DNA of 62,712 nucleotides, the filler included, from Collodictyon triciliatum (Eukaryota): the NCBI GenBank assembly GCA_043381765.1. It is 21 parts of 21 records of this genome, joined end to end, with 100 filler letters (N's around TTAATTAATTAA, not from the genome) between each part and the next. Parts side by side here need not be neighbours in the genome. Positions count along the whole stretch, not along the records: positions 59,832 to 62,712 come from JBHJMP010008128.1; 20 more parts are not named here. The stretch is one strand, 5' to 3'. Positions 59,960 through 62,712 of this stretch are shown one piece after another. How positions within the stretch are numbered: the first letter of the stretch is position 1; every line of letters starts with the position of its first letter. The notes below the pieces were generated by a model that had not been told where the DNA came from, ran no database searches, and saw only the letters and a program-made list of their open reading frames with translations. Position numbers and translations under genes: made by a program.

Positions 59960-61311
59960 GCTTCTAGATCTCAACACATGAAGGAGTTGAAGGAGCGCTA
60001 CGGGCGAAAATATGACCCTGCAAGTTTGACCAACGAAATCTGTTGCTCAAATGTACGAATCCATCTGTCCAGTCGTGCCCCTACTCTTGCTATTGAGGTT
60101 GTATTAAAATTCCTATTATCTAAAAATAATCATATAGTATTGCATCGTGAATATATACGATATATGGTCGGAGGCGGATTATCAGAATTTTTCCTGTTGC
60201 TGCTCTATTGAACCTCCTTTCTCTGCTTTTCTTTTTCCCTTTTATTTTCTGTTTCAAGGTTTTCGGACAATTCCTATCTGGACCAAACTCATCCACCCTT
60301 ACTAGAGAACTCATTGAGCTCGTTGCTGTTGCTGTTAATCAATGTGACTCGTCCACAATAGCCATCAACATCATTGAGAACCATCGCCATGGATGGGTTC
60401 CGATTGACGCCGGGTTCTTTGAGACCAGACTGAAACCCCTGGAGAGAGATGTGTCAAAAAGGAAGCAAGTGACAATTCCTATCGCGTACAACTTTAGTGA
60501 TGCGAAAAATGAACCATCTTCTCATGAAAGCTGTGATTTCCGAGCGCACCCACCAAACAGCATTCGATTTGCCTTGATGGACCCAGTTCCATTTGACCAG
60601 TTCATGCCAGGTGTGTCTTTGAACCTGCGGGCTGACTGTCCATTTTGCAAAGAGACGTTGAATTCTGCCATGGTTCGCAGTGGATGGACCAGCGACCCAG
60701 CAAACTTTTCTACAAAGTGTATATGCGGTCGAAGCTTTAATCCACAACTAAGTGTCACCATGCCCACAAACGCATTAAACTTTTCTTTGTCAACCTCAAA
60801 CTCTGCTGCTGTAATGACCATAATATCCCAGGCAACTATGGAAATCAGGCACAAAACGATTAGAAATTCCAGCCAGCTGAACACAGTCATTTCACAAACA
60901 ACTGGCCTGGATATGATGACAGAGTCGCAAAGCTCTCAACATACGACTTTCAATCAGTTCCAAAATCCCGAGGTTTCCGACCAGAAAGCTGATTCGAACC
61001 TCGGTGAGATGACCTCTGTGCCAAAAGCTCGAAACTCGCTATCTTTATCTCTTCATGACCATCCAGACAGTGCAGAGTATACATGTCTATCACTCCCTGC
61101 TGTCCTGGCCAGACTTGATCGATTCTTGATCACCAACACCGACCGTACAATATCCCCGCCTGATTTTTGCAAGGAAGACCCTGAACTCTTTTGGAATGTC
61201 ATCTTCTTTGCTCGTGAGTGGGCGTACCCCATGGATGCTTTGGTATATGGCATGGACTGGCCCATGCTGTACTTCCAGAGGCGTCCGTCCGGCATGCCTG
61301 ATGGTTTATAA
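59960..61311 (+). CDS. DENND4-like C-terminal region, 5'-partial
   Basis: CPFCKETLNSAMVRSGWTSDPANFSTKCICGRSFNPQLSV and LSLPAVLARL...PELFWNVIFF resemble the DENND4/CRAG C-terminal motifs as recalled. Confidence 0.6.
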
Positions 61312-62032
61312 CCATATTGCNNNNNNNNNNNNNNNNNNNNNNNNNNNNNNNNNNNNNNNNNNNNNNNNNNNNNNNNNNNNNNNNNNNNNNNNNNNNNNNN
61401 NNNNNNNNNNNNNNNNNNNNNNNNNNNNNNNNNNNNNNNNNNNNNNNNNNNNNNNNNNNNNNNNNNNNNNNNNNNNNNNNNNNNNNNNNNNNNNNNNNNN
61501 NNNNNNNNNNNNNNNNNNNNNNNNNNNNNNNNNNNNNNNNNNNNNNNNNNNNNNNNNNNNNNNNNNNNNNNNNNNNNNNNNNNNNNNNNNNNNNNNNNNN
61601 NNNNNNNNNNNNNNNNNNNNNNNNNNNNNNNNNNNNNNNNNNNNNNNNNNNNNNNNNNNNNNNNNNNNNNNNNNNNNNNNNNNNNNNNNNNNNNNNNNNN
61701 NNNNNNNNNNNNNNNNNNNNNNNNNNNNNNNNNNNNNNNNNNNNNNNNNNNNNNNNNNNNNNNNNNNNNNNNNNNNNNNNNNNNNNNNNNNNNNNNNNNN
61801 NNNNNNNNNNNNNNNNNNNNNNNNNNNNNNNNNNNNNNNNNNNNNNNNNNNNNNNNNNNNNNNNNNNNNNNNNNNNNNNNNNNNNNNNNNNNNNNNNNNN
61901 NNNNNNNNNNNNNNNNNNNNNNNNNNNNNNNNNNNNNNNNNNNNNNNNNNNNNNNNNNNNNNNNNNNNNNNNNNNCTCCCTAATAATCTTATCGTACAGT
62001 CCGACAGATCCCAGGTGCCCCAGAACCCAGAC

Positions 62033-62389
62033 ATGTTTTCGTCGATCGGCGGCTGGCTGAAGCTCAAGTACTACCAATACACGCTGGTCACCGGAGCTGC
62101 CATGTTGGACACCTGGGAAGTTGCCATCCTGAGTATGTCACGCTCACTTTCGCTAGTTATAAGCCCAACATTATTATGAGGCAGTGTAGTTGTTTGCATT
62201 GTTCTTTCAAACCTCTTTTATCAATCGCAAATGAAGCGAAAGGTTGGTAGGCAGGCAACTTAGTCGATGTCATGTATACTTTGCACGTAAATTGCTATGA
62301 TGTCTGTAGATTCGATTATCACGGCTTCCATTGGAGGCGTCTTCTACCAAGTAACCCCGTACGTCGCGACCATTATGCAGAGCTCATAG
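62033..62389 (+). CDS. SPTSSA: Serine palmitoyltransferase small subunit (ssSPT), 2 exons, 59 aa
   Basis: MFSSIGGWLKLKYYQYTLVTGAAMLDTWEVAILN|SIITASIGGVFYQVTPYVATIMQSS* contains the YYQY.LVT...ML..WE...N signature. Confidence 0.85.
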
Positions 62390-62712
62390 TCCGGGCATTT
62401 GGCCCCGGCAATCATCACCCTCTCTGGGTGGAAAGGAATGCATAAACAAACTGCTTGATATGCTCGGAAAATCATATATTCTTTGGAGCATTGCTTGGCT
62501 CTCACTTGGTACTGTGCAGTTTGTATTTTGGTCTTTTTCTCTATTTTATTTATACCCTTTATTAAAAATTGTCGATGATTTTGTGTTTTTCCTTTTGTTT
62601 TATTTTTTTGGTTTTTTTTTTTGCTTTTATGCTTTTATGCTTTTATGCTTTTATGCTTTTATGCTTTTATGCTTTTATGCTTTTATGCTTTTATGCTTTT
62701 ATGCTTTTATGC

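Overview
This window is eukaryotic nuclear DNA (AT-rich, intron-dense, very rich in microsatellites), not prokaryotic. It is also not one locus: 21 unrelated contigs of about 2.9 kb are joined by artificial N44-TTAATTAATTAA-N44 linkers, so adjacency across a linker means nothing. Manual splicing recovers VPS26, a DIVARICATA-type SHAQKYF MYB, agmatine deiminase, POLD2, SCAI, a class III adenylyl cyclase, an FLVCR/SLC49-type MFS transporter, an intronless GT92 glycosyltransferase, eIF3i, an LRR/Cys-rich/multi-TM receptor-like gene, the serine palmitoyltransferase small subunit, and WDR93-, CCP1/AGTPBP1-, SPMIP1/ATP6V1FNB- and DENND4-like genes, plus one tRNA-Glu(CTC). The cilia-associated genes suggest a flagellated protist; the species cannot be identified. 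Family calls rest on recalled motifs, not database searches. The most notable observations are: (1) a family of very short (~50-70 bp) poly(A)-tailed inserts, each flanked by its own 15-19 bp target-site duplication, consistent with an unannotated retroposon; (2) a 25-bp minisatellite abutting the 5' end of the tRNA, in the region holding two of those inserts; (3) GC-AG introns against a very weak 5' splice-site consensus.
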